Shown here in pieces: positions 35,977 through 46,438 of a stretch of DNA of 64,000 nucleotides. The position numbers and the translations under genes are program-made. The first letter of the stretch is position 1. Every line of letters begins with the position of its first letter. The notes below the pieces were generated by a model that saw nothing but the letters and a program-made list of their open reading frames with translations, was not told the DNA's origin and did not search any database. This DNA comes from Polyangiales bacterium (GTDB lineage Bacteria; Myxococcota_A; Polyangia; Polyangiales; Ga0077539): assembly GCA_041389825.1 (NCBI GenBank), contig JAWKRC010000007.1:61093-125092 (forward strand). The letters are read 5' to 3'.

Positions 35977-37746
35977 TCAGTGTCGACAGCATCCCCACCC
36001 GCGGATCCGCGGGGAGCTGCACCCCTGGCAGTAGCGCGTGCAGTCGTACCAGGCCTCGGCGCAGACCACGGGCGCGCCCGACACGATCCGCAGTCGCAAG
36101 GAGTACGTGCCGAACATCGGTACACAGCTCAACGCGACCGCGTCCTCGAAGCCGGTGTCGGTGGCCGCGAGCCGCACCACGATCACGTCGTCGCTGTCGG
36201 CGTCGACGCGACACGTCGCCTGCGAATCGGCGAGGGTCGACACAAACCACGTGGAGGCGGCGGGGTCGTATCGGAACACCCCCTGCGCGGCGCGGCGGGT
36301 CCAGTGGTACGCGACGCGCGAGCGGGGCATCTGCCCGCCGTGGTTCACGGGGTCGGTGTAGTACGTCGGCCAGTCCGCCTCGGTGAGCGTGCCGGCCTGG
36401 TTCATCCGCGCGGCCCATCGCGCGACCCACCCAGAGAGCACGGGGTTCTCTTGAAGTGGAGACGGAGACGAAGCCGTCGGTCGAACGGGCGTCCACTGCA
36501 CGTCTGCGCGGCGCAGCACGGTGGTCGGCGGCGGTGGCTGCGTCGGCGGTGGAGGACGCGCGTCGTCGACGTCCCGCGGCAGCGCGTGTGCGGAGGGAGC
36601 TTCGGTGCGGAGGGCGATCCACGCGATCGCTCCCACGGTGCCGACGATCAGCCCAGCGCCGAGGGCCACGACCTTCGGCCACCCCAACCGCGCGACCTCG
36701 CGCGCGACGGCGGTCCTCGCCAGCTCGAGCCGTGTGGTCGCGGGGCGCGGCGTCGGGTGCGGTCGCGAAGGTATTGAAGGGGGCGTCGAGGCGAGCGCAG
36801 AACCCAGGTGGAGCGCGAGATCGGAATACGCCGCGTCGACGTCGCTGAAGCGCGCCGAGGGGTCCATCGCGACGCAGCGACCGAACCACCCGTCGAACCA
36901 TGGCGGGACGAGCGATCCGCGGCCGAGTCGGGCCGCGCGCGTCGACGCCGACGGCAACGCGTCGAAGCCGATCCCCTGGTCCGGCGGGAAGTAGCTCGCG
37001 CCGACCAGCAGCTCGAACGCGACCAGTCCGAGCGCCCAGACGTCCGCGCGGGGCGAGACCATCATCCCCGAGATGGCCTGCTCGGGGGCCATCCAACCCG
37101 GCGTGCCCGCGAGCAAGGAGTTCGTCCCCGCCCCCCGCGCGTCCTGGAGGAGCCTCGCGATGCCGAAGTCGAGGATCTTCACCGTGAGCGCGACGTCCGC
37201 GTGTCGGGAGCGCGCGAGGAACACGTTCGCGGGCTTCAGGTCGCGATGCACCACGCCCGCACGGTGCGCCGCCGAGAGCCCGTGGCAGATCTGCCGGAGC
37301 ACGGCCGCGAACTCCGCGGGGGGCATCGGTCCCGCGCGGGCGACGCGGTCCCCGAGGGTTTCTCCGTGGAGCAGCTCCATCACGAACCACGGAGTGCCGT
37401 CGGGTTCGAGCCCCGCGTCGGTGACCTCGACGACGTGGTCGCTCTGGATGCGCCCGCCGATGCGCGCCTCTTGGACGAACTTCTCCCGCAGCGTGTCGGT
37501 CGCGAGAGCGCTCACCCTCAAGACCTTGAGCGCGCCGTGTTGCCCCGTCAGAAGGTGCTTCACCCGATAGACCACCGCCATGCCGCCCGCGCCGAGCGTG
37601 CCTTCGACGGCGTAGCGTCCGCCGATCACCTCGCCGGGATGAAGCACCTCCCGCGACACGCCGCGATGATGCGCCGCGCACCCCGCCGCCGACAACGTCC
37701 CGTTGCCCTCGACGTCTCCCTCGCCCGCGCCACCCTGCGCGGCCAT
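35977..37746 (-). CDS. Membrane-anchored Ser/Thr protein kinase with a C-terminal extracytoplasmic domain.
   Basis: GAGGMAVVYRV, ALK, HRDLKPANV, DFG, GTPGWMAPE. TM helix VVALGAGLIVGTVGAIAWIAL. The ATG at 37746 is by residue count. The alternative start is GTG about 37658. Confidence 0.8.
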   Translation of the reverse strand: MAAQGGAGEGDVEGNGTLSAAGCAAHHRGVSREVLHPGEVIGGRYAVEGTLGAGGMAVVYRVKHLLTGQHGALKVLRVSALATDTLREKFVQEARIGGRIQSDHVVEVTDAGLEPDGTPWFVMELLHGETLGDRVARAGPMPPAEFAAVLRQICHGLSAAHRAGVVHRDLKPANVFLARSRHADVALTVKILDFGIARLLQDARGAGTNSLLAGTPGWMAPEQAISGMMVSPRADVWALGLVAFELLVGASYFPPDQGIGFDALPSASTRAARLGRGSLVPPWFDGWFGRCVAMDPSARFSDVDAAYSDLALHLGSALASTPPSIPSRPHPTPRPATTRLELARTAVAREVARLGWPKVVALGAGLIVGTVGAIAWIALRTEAPSAHALPRDVDDARPPPPTQPPPPTTVLRRADVQWTPVRPTASSPSPLQENPVLSGWVARWAARMNQAGTLTEADWPTYYTDPVNHGGQMPRSRVAYHWTRRAAQGVFRYDPAASTWFVSTLADSQATCRVDADSDDVIVVRLAATDTGFEDAVALSCVPMFGTYSLRLRIVSGAPVVCAEAWYDCTRYCQGCSSPRIRGWGCCRH

Positions 37747-37762
37747 GAGCCCGCGCCCCTCG

Positions 37763-38910
37763 ATGTCGAGTCTGCCGTCCGCGACCGCTACGCCTCCGCC
37801 GCCCAGGCGCGCGAAGAGAGCCTCTGCTGCCCCGTGCAGTACGACCCCTCGCTCCTCAAGGCGATCCCCACCGAGGTCATCGAGCGCGACTACGGCTGCG
37901 GAGACCCCTCGCGACACCTGCGCGCGGGCGAGACGGTGCTCGACCTCGGATCGGGCACAGGCAAGATCTGCTTCATCGCGAGCCAGGTGGTCGGCGCCTC
38001 GGGGAAGGTCATCGGCGTCGACGTGAACGACGAGATGCTCTCCCTCGCGCGCCGCGCGGCGCCACAGGTCGCGGGAAACGTCGGCTTCTCCAACGTCGAG
38101 TTCCGCCGCGGGAAGATCCAGGACCTCTCCCTCGACCTCGACCGCCTCGACGCGTGGCTGCGCGACCACCCCGTGCGGTCGAGCGCCGACCTCGCGGGCC
38201 TCGACGCCGAGGTCTCACGCTTGAGGTCAGAGACCCCGCTCGTGGCCGAGGCGAGCGTCGACGTCGTGGTGTCGAACTGCGTGCTCAACCTCGTGCGCGC
38301 CGACGACAAGCGCGTTCTCTTCGACGAGATCCTGCGTGTGCTCAAGCGCGGCGGGCGCGCGGTGATCTCCGACATCGTGTGCGACGAGGACGTGCCCGAG
38401 CGCCTCCAGCGCGACCCCGAGCTGTGGAGCGGCTGCGTGTCCGGCGCGCTCCGTGAAGACCGCTTCCTCGAGGCCTTCGAGGAGGCGGGCTTCTACGGCG
38501 TGACGATGATCGAGCGCGACGAGACCCCGTGGCGCACCGTCGAAGGGATCGAGTTCCGCAGCGTCACCGTCGTCGCCTACAAGGGCAAGGACGGCCCCTG
38601 CGTCGACAAGAAGCACGCGGTGGTCTACCGCGGCCCCTTCCGCGAGGTGACCGACGACGACGGCCACACGCTCCGCCGCGGCGCGCGCATGGCGGTGTGC
38701 GAGAAGACCTACGAGATCTACGCGCGCGAGCCCTACCGCGCGCACGTGGAGCTCATCGCGCCGCGGGTTCTCCCGACCGACGACGAGGCGCGGCCCTTCC
38801 CCTGCGACGCGCCGGGTCTGCGCCGCGATCCCCGCGAGACGAAGGGCGACGACTACCTCGTCACCACCGACGCCGCCCCCGCGTGCGGGCTGGGGTCGAG
38901 CTGCTGCTGA
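37763..38910 (+). CDS. ArsM/AS3MT-like SAM-dependent methyltransferase. Its start is unresolved: the ATG at 37763 is out of frame by one base with the body that begins at V 37765.
   Basis: AVRDRYASAA..SLCCP Cys pair. YGCGDP. VLDLGSGTGKICF (motif I). VISDIV. It is divergent from the kinase start, with a gap of about 16 nt. Confidence 0.7.
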
Positions 38911-38914
38911 TCGC

Positions 38915-39517
38915 TCACCGCGCGTCGGCCTTCGCCCTCGCCACCGCGAGCTCCGCCGGCGTCAACACCCGCGGCGCCACGACGGGCACGCCGTCGTCGC
39001 CGAAGAACGGCGTGCGCCGGTAGGTCCCGTCGAGGCGCTCGCGGAGCATCATCCTCACGTTGCGCGCGAAGCCGAGGGTCGCGCCGACGGGGTCCACCCG
39101 GGCGCGCCCCTTCGCGTGGTCGGTGTTCAACGCGGTGAGCACCGGGCCGAAGCTCTCCTCCACGCGCGCGTCGTCGCCGTCGAGGCACGCGCGCACGAGA
39201 CCCACGAAGGACTGATTCCAGGTCGCGCCCGTGTTGCCGACGGGCGTGTCGCAACACCCCGCGTACCAACGGAACAGCCCGTCGGGCGTGAGCCGCAGGA
39301 GCGCGAGCTGATCGCGCCCTTTGGCGAAGGTCACGAGTGACGGAGAGGTCTGCACGATGTCGGTGCCTCCCATCGCGTCGAGGACGTCGGGGCGGCCGAG
39401 CGCGTGCGCGTAGGTCTGGCAGTCGCGGCAGTAGCAGACGACGCGGCTGATCGGCCGCGGGTGCGCGACGCGTCCGCGCAGCGCGCCGCAGCGGCAACGG
39501 AGGGGGTGCTCGTTCAT
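38915..39517 (-). CDS. Cys-rich zinc-binding small protein (GFA / Mss4-like fold candidate).
   Basis: MNEHPLRCRCGALRG...CYCRDCQ...CCDTPVG gives 4+ Cys pairs. About 200 aa. Confidence 0.5.
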   Translation of the reverse strand: MNEHPLRCRCGALRGRVAHPRPISRVVCYCRDCQTYAHALGRPDVLDAMGGTDIVQTSPSLVTFAKGRDQLALLRLTPDGLFRWYAGCCDTPVGNTGATWNQSFVGLVRACLDGDDARVEESFGPVLTALNTDHAKGRARVDPVGATLGFARNVRMMLRERLDGTYRRTPFFGDDGVPVVAPRVLTPAELAVARAKADAR

Positions 39518-39620
39518 GGGTCTCGGGCGCGGTCGCGTCCGCGCAGGTCCGCGGGCGGCGAGGGGTTGACGTCGGGGTGCATCGCGAGAAGCTTGGGCCT
39601 TCTTACAGGAGGCTTCGCTT

Positions 39621-41186
39621 ATGGGAACCAGAGGGGATGTCTTCGCGCGGGCGCGCGCCGTCGTGCCGGTGCTGTTCTTCGCGTGGCTCGGGGTGATGGC
39701 CCTCGCGTGTGGCGGCGGCGCCACGATGGGAGAGCGCGCCCCAGGCCGTGACAAATACGTCGAGCCCGGCGCCTTCGGCACCCGAGACGACGCCGGGGTG
39801 CTCTACAACGGCGACGCCGCGGTGTTCACCGACGCGGGCGGCTTCAACCCCGCGGCGGCCTCGCTGGGCGCCATCGCCGTCGACGATCGCGACGAGGCGG
39901 CGTTCGTGATGCAGGCCTTCCCGATCACCGAGGGGATCGTCGACGGGGGCTGGGGGCGGGAGAACCGCACGCTCTGGCGTGTCCGACCCGATGGCGAGGT
40001 CCGCGAGGTCGGGCGCTTCGATGACTCCCGCGACGCGCGCGTCCTCTTCCCGTCCTCCGGCGTGCTGGTGATGACCGAGCCCACCGGAGGCGCGTGCGTC
40101 GACGCGGACTGCGAGCAGCTCAGGCTGTACGAGCGCGGCTCGCTGCGAGAGCTCGCCCGACGGGACGTCCCCTTGCGCTACCACGGCACCCGGATGTCAG
40201 GGACCCGACGCTACATCGCCGTCGCTGACAACACCGCCGAGCACGCTCCGATCCACATCATCGACGCGCTCACCCTGGAATCTCACGTCATCCCGCACGG
40301 CGGCGACTGGCTCGAGGCCATGTGGCTCAACCGCTCCGACCGGCTGCTCGCGGTCGTCTTCGACGACCGCGGCGCGCGCATCCTCGCGTGGGACGTCCCG
40401 CTCCTCGCGAACCACGGCTTCGCCGTCGAAGACCAGGTCTGGGCGCGCCCCTCCCTCGACCTTCGCGTGCCCGGCGTGAGCGCCGACGGGTACTTCTCCT
40501 ACACCTGGGTCGGCGTCAGCCCCGACGACCGCTACGCGGTGTTCCCAGTGCTCGCCGATGTCAGCGACGCGGGGGTCTTCGAGTCGACGCACCGACTCCT
40601 CGTGCTCGACTTGCTCGAGGGCTCCCTGCGAACGGTGAACGACGCCCGTGGCCCGGTCGGCTTCACGCCCGACGGGAGCACCATCGTCTCGTACCGCGCG
40701 AACCCCGCGCCGATCCTCGGCCCCGACCGAGGAGGCCCGGCGTCGCTCGTCCTCATCGACGCGCGGAGCCTCGAGTCCGAGGTGATCACCCTCCCCTTCG
40801 AGAAGGGCCGGGTGCCGACATTCTTCGTCACTCGCGAGGGGCACCGCGTCGCCGTCACCGATAACGGTCGCGAGCTGGTGCTCTACGACCTGGAAATGCG
40901 TCGGCTCACCCGCGTCGAGGGAGACGCCTCGTGGCTCGGCGAGTTCGTCTCGCGCCTCGGCCACAACGAGCTCTACCTCCTCGACGACGGCCTTCACCGC
41001 CTCGACCTCAGCGCCGAGACCCTCTCTCGCGTCACCCTCGACTGGACCCCGCGGCACATCAACATCCTCCCCGCGCGCGACCAGCTCGTGCTCGACCGCC
41101 CCGGCGAGAACGCCCTCTCCTTCTGGGACCTCTCCACGCAGTCGCTCTCGCGCACCGTGACGCTCCCCGTGCCGACGCCGCGCTGA
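39621..41186 (+). CDS. Lipoprotein of unknown function (beta-propeller-like).
   Basis: The signal and lipobox are VLFFAWLGVMALACGG. 521 aa. Coding-like. Confidence 0.7.
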   Translation: MGTRGDVFARARAVVPVLFFAWLGVMALACGGGATMGERAPGRDKYVEPGAFGTRDDAGVLYNGDAAVFTDAGGFNPAAASLGAIAVDDRDEAAFVMQAFPITEGIVDGGWGRENRTLWRVRPDGEVREVGRFDDSRDARVLFPSSGVLVMTEPTGGACVDADCEQLRLYERGSLRELARRDVPLRYHGTRMSGTRRYIAVADNTAEHAPIHIIDALTLESHVIPHGGDWLEAMWLNRSDRLLAVVFDDRGARILAWDVPLLANHGFAVEDQVWARPSLDLRVPGVSADGYFSYTWVGVSPDDRYAVFPVLADVSDAGVFESTHRLLVLDLLEGSLRTVNDARGPVGFTPDGSTIVSYRANPAPILGPDRGGPASLVLIDARSLESEVITLPFEKGRVPTFFVTREGHRVAVTDNGRELVLYDLEMRRLTRVEGDASWLGEFVSRLGHNELYLLDDGLHRLDLSAETLSRVTLDWTPRHINILPARDQLVLDRPGENALSFWDLSTQSLSRTVTLPVPTPR

Positions 41187-41235
41187 GCCGCGCGGCTTGA
41201 CACCCCTCGCCCCGGGCTCCGACCCTTCACCCTCG

Positions 41236-42894
41236 ATGCGCGCTCGCCGCCCCGTCGCCCGCCTCGCCCTCGCGTCGGTCGCGCTCCTCGCGGGCTGCTA
41301 CGGCGGAGACCCGCAGACCCTCGGCACCACCGCCTCCGAGATCCACCAGTTCTGCGCGGCGCGCACCGAGGTGCGCGGCATCGACGTGTCGCAGTGGCAA
41401 GGCGCGATCCAGTGGTCGCGCCTCCCCGGCGCGGGCGTGCGCTTCGCGATCATCCGCCTGTCGAACAACATGTCGCTCGACACGCGCTTCAACGAGAACT
41501 GGGCGGGCGCGCGCGCGGCGGGCGTGCTCCGCGGCGCGTACCACTATTTCAACCCCACCACCTCGGCGACGGGGCAGGCCAACTTCTTCGTCGACCGACT
41601 GCTCGCGCAGGGCTTCGGCGACGGAGACCTCCCGCCGATGCTCGACGTCGAGTACGCCAACGTCGACTCGAACGGCGACGGGGTGAACGACCGACCGTCG
41701 GTCACGGGCGCGGCGTACCAGGCCGCGATCCGCGCGTGGGTGAACGTGATCCGCGCCCGCCTCGGCCGCGAGCCCATCATCTACACGGGCGGCTACTACT
41801 GGGACTCGTGGGTGCAGTCCGCGGAGTGGGCCGCGAACCCGCTCTTTCACGCCGAGTACCCGAACTACTCCACGCGCCGTAGCTGGAGCGACCCCGTCCC
41901 GAACTCGGGCTGCGCGCGCTACGTGAGCAATTCGTGGCCTCGCTACACCTTCTGGCAGTACGCGGGCGACAACACCCTCGCCTCGTCGCTCGGCGGCGCG
42001 GGCACCTTCGGCTCCACCGCCGTCGACATGGACGTCTTCGACGGCACCCTCGCCGACCTCCAGGCCCTCGCCCACGTCACCCCGCGCCTCGACGCGCGCT
42101 TCGTGGGTCAGTCCACCGACGCGGCGCCCGAGACCGACGGCAGCGGGCAGCAGTTCCACGTCTGCACAGGGCAGCGCATCGCGTTCGAGTTCGAGGTCGA
42201 GAACACGGGCTCGGCCGCGTGGCTCGACGCGGCCACCATGAGCGACCAGTGGGGCCGCTCGGTCCGCCTCGGGACCGTCCCTCACGACACGCCCGACCCG
42301 CTCAACGGCCTGGCGCGCGTGTCGCTCAACACCACGGCCAACCACGACGTGCGCCCCGACGGCGGCGCCTGCAACGACCGCGACGGGTGCCGCCGCGCGC
42401 GCTTCACCCTCACGGGCACCGCGCCGTCGGCGCCGGGCACCGTGCGCACCCGATGGCAGCTCGTCGACGAGCTCCGCGCGTGGTTCGGGCCCGAGATGTG
42501 GTTGTCGTTTCACGTCGTCGACTGCCCCCGCGACGCGGGCGTGGTGGACGCAGGCCCGCGCGACGCGGGGGCTTCGGTCGACGTCCCCGCCACGCGGGAC
42601 GTCGTCGCGGTCGACGTGAGCGCGACGCGCGATGTCTCCGCGGTCGATGTCGCGACCCGCGACGTCTCCACGGTGCGTGACGTTGGCCCCGTCGACGCCG
42701 GGGCGACGGACCTCGACGCGCGCGTCACGCTCGACGGCGCCGTCGACGACGAGGGAGAGCTCGCCTTCGACGCGACCCTCCACGGGAGCTGCGACGCCCG
42801 CCCGCGAGGGACGCGCGGCGGCGCGTGGATGGTCGGCCTGCTCGCGGTCGCGGCGCTCTCGCGTCGTCGCGTCAGGCGAGCTTCGCGGCCTTGA
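41236..42894 (+). CDS. GH25-family muramidase (lysozyme) lipoprotein with a C-terminal MYXO-CTERM anchor.
   Basis: LLAGCYGG lipobox. GIDVSQWQG, GVRFAIIRLS, GAYHYF and DVEY are GH25 signatures. The C-terminus is [32 protein letters not shown]. Confidence 0.85.
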   Translation: MRARRPVARLALASVALLAGCYGGDPQTLGTTASEIHQFCAARTEVRGIDVSQWQGAIQWSRLPGAGVRFAIIRLSNNMSLDTRFNENWAGARAAGVLRGAYHYFNPTTSATGQANFFVDRLLAQGFGDGDLPPMLDVEYANVDSNGDGVNDRPSVTGAAYQAAIRAWVNVIRARLGREPIIYTGGYYWDSWVQSAEWAANPLFHAEYPNYSTRRSWSDPVPNSGCARYVSNSWPRYTFWQYAGDNTLASSLGGAGTFGSTAVDMDVFDGTLADLQALAHVTPRLDARFVGQSTDAAPETDGSGQQFHVCTGQRIAFEFEVENTGSAAWLDAATMSDQWGRSVRLGTVPHDTPDPLNGLARVSLNTTANHDVRPDGGACNDRDGCRRARFTLTGTAPSAPGTVRTRWQLVDELRAWFGPEMWLSFHVVDCPRDAGVVDAGPRDAGASVDVPATRDVVAVDVSATRDVSAVDVATRDVSTVRDVGPVDAGATDLDARVTLDGAVDDEGELAFDATLHGSCDARPRGTRGGAWMVGLLAVAALSRRRVRRASRP

Positions 42895-44065
42895 TCCGTC
42901 GGAGGAGCGCCGAGGTCTTCGACAGCGACGACACGACCGCGTCGAGCCGCGACTGGAACTCCGCGAGCTCTCCGTCGCGCTCCGCCAGCGCGCGAAGGTC
43001 GAGGAGCGTCTCGACCATCTCGTCGTACGCCTTGGCCTTCGCCTCGCCGACGAGCCTCGCGAGCCTCCGCCACGTCTCGTCGACCTTCGGCGCGAGCGCG
43101 TCGAGCCGCCTCGCCCTCGCTTCCTCCGCGGCCCGCCTCGCCTCCTCCGCGGCGCGCTGCGCCTCCGCCACCTCTGCGACCTGTCGCTCTCGCGCGAGCT
43201 CGGCGGCCCGAGCGACGAGCTCTCCCACCGTGCGGCGGCGCGGGCTCACCTCTCCGTCGAGCGCGAAGGTCGCCGCGAAGGACCGCGCGATCTCGGCCTC
43301 CACCGCCGCGCCCTCACCCGCGGCGACGCGGGCGAGCCACGCGTCCTTCTCCTCCGTCGGCCGCGCGGCGATCCACGCGCGCACGTCGTCGGGGCGCGTG
43401 CGCGGGTCGACGATGTCCGCGCTCACCTCGATGGCGCTTTCATAGAGGTCACGGTCGACCATGAAGAAATCGAGGAACACGCTGTCCTCCGCGAGCCTTC
43501 GGCGAAGCCCCGGGGGCACCGGAGGCTCGAAGCGTCGGTCCTCTTCGCCCCGCTCCTCCTCGTCGAGGTCGTCGTCCTCAGCCTCCCCGACCTCGACGGC
43601 GAGGCTCGCGAGCCACAGGACGTAGAGCGGCCCGAGGTCGCCCCTGAGCACCCGCGCGCGCATCGCCGCCAGCGCGTTCACGCAGTCTTCGACCTCGGAC
43701 TCCTCCAGCCAGTCGTTGAGCCAGTCTTCCTGCAGCGAGAAGGTCACGACCGCGTCGTCGCGGGTGCGCACGCAGCGGATCAGGTCGTCGTCGACGTAGG
43801 GGGCGATCGCGGCGTCAGCGACGGCCGCGCGAGGGAGCCGGAGCGCCACCGAGCGCACCCCGTAGCTCGCCGCGTAGGCGTGGACGTCGAAGTACTTCTG
43901 GACGAGCGCCAGCGGGTCTCCGCGGAAGTCGCCGTAGCTGTAGGTGAACACCACCCGGGGGCCCGAGAGGGTGACGCGCGACGAAAGCCTCCCGAGCGCC
44001 TCGCGGGCCTCGGTCGTGAGCGGCCGGTCCACCGTGACGAACTGGTAGACCTGGAACGAGCTCAC
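42872..44065 (-). CDS. Hypothetical protein. It has an N-terminal globular domain, an acidic linker and a C-terminal coiled coil.
   Basis: 397 aa, intact, [16 protein letters not shown]. It overlaps the GH25 gene 3' end convergently by about 20 nt. Confidence 0.6.
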   Translation of the reverse strand: MSSFQVYQFVTVDRPLTTEAREALGRLSSRVTLSGPRVVFTYSYGDFRGDPLALVQKYFDVHAYAASYGVRSVALRLPRAAVADAAIAPYVDDDLIRCVRTRDDAVVTFSLQEDWLNDWLEESEVEDCVNALAAMRARVLRGDLGPLYVLWLASLAVEVGEAEDDDLDEEERGEEDRRFEPPVPPGLRRRLAEDSVFLDFFMVDRDLYESAIEVSADIVDPRTRPDDVRAWIAARPTEEKDAWLARVAAGEGAAVEAEIARSFAATFALDGEVSPRRRTVGELVARAAELARERQVAEVAEAQRAAEEARRAAEEARARRLDALAPKVDETWRRLARLVGEAKAKAYDEMVETLLDLRALAERDGELAEFQSRLDAVVSSLSKTSALLRRIKAAKLA

Positions 44066-44081
44066 GACCGCCCCCCGCGCG

Positions 44082-45179
44082 CTACTGGATCGACTGCTGC
44101 TTGGCCTGTTCGATCTGCTCGTACTCGCGCTCGAAGAGCACGCGCTGGTCGGTGACGATCTGCAGGTTGCGGGTGTTCTGCTCGGTGGGCTCGGCGCGGC
44201 CGAGGTCGCGCATCTGTCGACCGATCTCGGCGAGCGCGTCGCAGATGTTGGTGAGCGTCTCGAGGTTGCGGGTCTTGCGGTCCTGCCCCGCGAAGTTCTT
44301 GCGGTACTCCTCGAAGACCTCGTTGGCCGCGCCGCCGAGCATCCCCTGGAGGTCGGCGAAGCGCGTGCCCTCGCGCGCCTTGCGGATCTCTTCGAGCTCG
44401 GTCTTGTAGGTGCCGAGGCTCTGGGTCACCACGTCGATGTTCTGCAGGTGCCAGTCGTCGCGCAGCCCGCCGTCGCGCAGCGCGATCATCCGGTCGAGCA
44501 CCTGCTGGAGGCTGTCGACCATGCGCTGGATGAGCCCGGGACGACGCGTCTGCCGCGCCTTGCCCGCGAACTGCGCCTCGTAGATCTTGAACTGGCCGTT
44601 GGCCACCTCACCGAGGGTGCCGGCCTGCTCCGCCACGGTGCCCATCGCGCGCGCCTCGATGATCTCGCCGCGCTCGGCGCGGTACATCTTCAGGTTCTCG
44701 CGCACCACGTCGAGGTCCTGCTGCGCGCCCACGTCCGAGGGGAGGCCCGGCGCGAGCTCGGCCATCGCCTCTTCGATGGACTCCAGGTCGTCGATCATCT
44801 CGGCGAGGAGCCCGAGGTCGCGGGTGTTGCGCGCCTGCCCCGCGAAGTGCCGGTGGTACTTCGCGAAGGTGAGGTTCGCCTCGGTGCGGAGCTGCGAGAA
44901 GTCTTCGAAGTCGGCGCCGAGGCCCTTGGCCTGCTGGATCGCCTGACGCTCGCCCTGGTAGAGCGCGAGCGCGTCGCGGGCCGTCGTCTCGAGGTCGGTG
45001 CGGTCCTTCGAGCGCGGGAGCTTCTCGAGGTCGCCGAGCGCGCGGCGCGTGCGCTGGATGAGGTCGTCGAGGTCGGAGACGTCTCGGGTGACGCGGGAGT
45101 GGCCCGCGAAGCGGGCGTCGTAGGCCTGGGAGAGCTGGTCGAGCTCCAGTCGGATCTGCGCGAGCGTTCGGTTCGCCAT
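44082..45179 (-). CDS. Repeat protein of unknown function: four about 90-aa repeats with a (F/Y)..(Y/F)...FAG..R.TR core.
   Basis: Repeat starts are ARFAGHSRVTRD, RHFAGQARNTRD, AQFAGKARQTRR and KNFAGQDRKTRN, each followed by a helical segment. Confidence 0.65.
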   Translation of the reverse strand: MANRTLAQIRLELDQLSQAYDARFAGHSRVTRDVSDLDDLIQRTRRALGDLEKLPRSKDRTDLETTARDALALYQGERQAIQQAKGLGADFEDFSQLRTEANLTFAKYHRHFAGQARNTRDLGLLAEMIDDLESIEEAMAELAPGLPSDVGAQQDLDVVRENLKMYRAERGEIIEARAMGTVAEQAGTLGEVANGQFKIYEAQFAGKARQTRRPGLIQRMVDSLQQVLDRMIALRDGGLRDDWHLQNIDVVTQSLGTYKTELEEIRKAREGTRFADLQGMLGGAANEVFEEYRKNFAGQDRKTRNLETLTNICDALAEIGRQMRDLGRAEPTEQNTRNLQIVTDQRVLFEREYEQIEQAKQQSIQ

Positions 45180-45192
45180 AGGGGCGCGGACG

Positions 45193-45861
45193 CTACCGCC
45201 AACCCATCCCGTGGAGCAAACCCCTCAAGCGCCCGCGCACCCCTCGCCCGAAGTTCTTCGGCCGCTCCTCCGTCTCGCCCGCGGGCCTGAAGGCCACGTT
45301 GTTGAACGCCTCGGGGAAGCACGCCGTGATGCGGCCATAGAACTCACGGATGCGCGCCGCGTCGGCGTCGAGGTCGCCCGTCGGGTGGATCAGCGGCCCC
45401 ACGCCCCCGCGCTTGCGCCGGTAGTCGAGGTACCCGAGCGCGATGGGCACGTCGGCGGTCTTCGCGATCCAGTAGAAGCCCGTCTTCCAGTACTGCCGCT
45501 TCGAGCGCGTGCCCTCGGGGGCGATGACCAGGATCACCCGCTCCTTCGAGCGGATGTAGTCGGCCATCTGCTGCACCTGGTCCTTCGACTGCCGACGGTC
45601 GACGGGCACGCCGCCCAGCCGTCGGTAGAAGCCCCCGAGCGGGCCCTCGAAGAGCGTGTGCTTGCCGATCCACACGATCTCGAGGCCCGTGACCCACCCG
45701 ATCCCCAGGGTGATCGGCAGGTCCCAGTTCGACGTGTGCGGCGCCGCGATCAGCACGTAGCGGGGCGCGTCGGGGAGCACCCCCTCCTCGCGCCACCCCA
45801 GCGCCGAGAGCACCACACGACCGATCCAGTACTGCACCCGCGACGGCTTGATGGGATCCAT
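45193..45861 (-). CDS. 1-acyl-sn-glycerol-3-phosphate acyltransferase (PlsC family).
   Basis: AAPHTSNWD (HxxxxD) and APEGTRS motifs are present. Confidence 0.8.
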   Translation of the reverse strand: MDPIKPSRVQYWIGRVVLSALGWREEGVLPDAPRYVLIAAPHTSNWDLPITLGIGWVTGLEIVWIGKHTLFEGPLGGFYRRLGGVPVDRRQSKDQVQQMADYIRSKERVILVIAPEGTRSKRQYWKTGFYWIAKTADVPIALGYLDYRRKRGGVGPLIHPTGDLDADAARIREFYGRITACFPEAFNNVAFRPAGETEERPKNFGRGVRGRLRGLLHGMGWR

Positions 45862-45955
45862 GGCCTCCGCCTCGTCGGTATCGTGATCGGCGCGCGCGCG
45901 CAATGCCCCGCGGCCCTTCGCGCGGCGGCGCGTTCGCAGTACGGTCCCGCGCCCC

Positions 45956-46438
45956 ATGCGAGCCGCCGTCGTCGTCGCCGCCCTCTTCGCCCTTCGCGCC
46001 TCGTGCTCCGAGCGCGCGCGCCCCGTCACGCAGGCCGAGACCACCACAGGCCGCCGCGCCGAGGTCGAGGTGGTGATCCCCACCGACGCCGGCGCCGACG
46101 CGCGGGTCGAGCCCCGCGAGGTCGGCGCGCGGCACGTCCTGGTGATGTACCAGGGCTCGATGCGCGCCCCCGCGAGCGTCACCCGCAGCCGCGACGAGGC
46201 CCGCGCCCGCGCCGAGGAGGTGCTCCGCCGCGCCCGCGCCGGAGAGGACTTCGCCGGCCTCGCGCGAGAGTTCTCCGACGAGCCCAACGCGAGCGAGACG
46301 GGCGGCAACCTCGGTCGCTTTCGCCACGGCCAGATGGTGCCCGCCTTCGACGAGGCCGTGTTCGCGCTCGAGCCCGGTCAGATCTCCGACATCGTAGAGA
46401 CGGATTTCGGCTTCCACGTCATCCTACGCACGGAGTGA
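45956..46438 (+). CDS. Secreted PpiC-type peptidyl-prolyl isomerase (parvulin).
   Basis: [46 protein letters not shown]. Confidence 0.85.
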   Translation: MRAAVVVAALFALRASCSERARPVTQAETTTGRRAEVEVVIPTDAGADARVEPREVGARHVLVMYQGSMRAPASVTRSRDEARARAEEVLRRARAGEDFAGLAREFSDEPNASETGGNLGRFRHGQMVPAFDEAVFALEPGQISDIVETDFGFHVILRTE

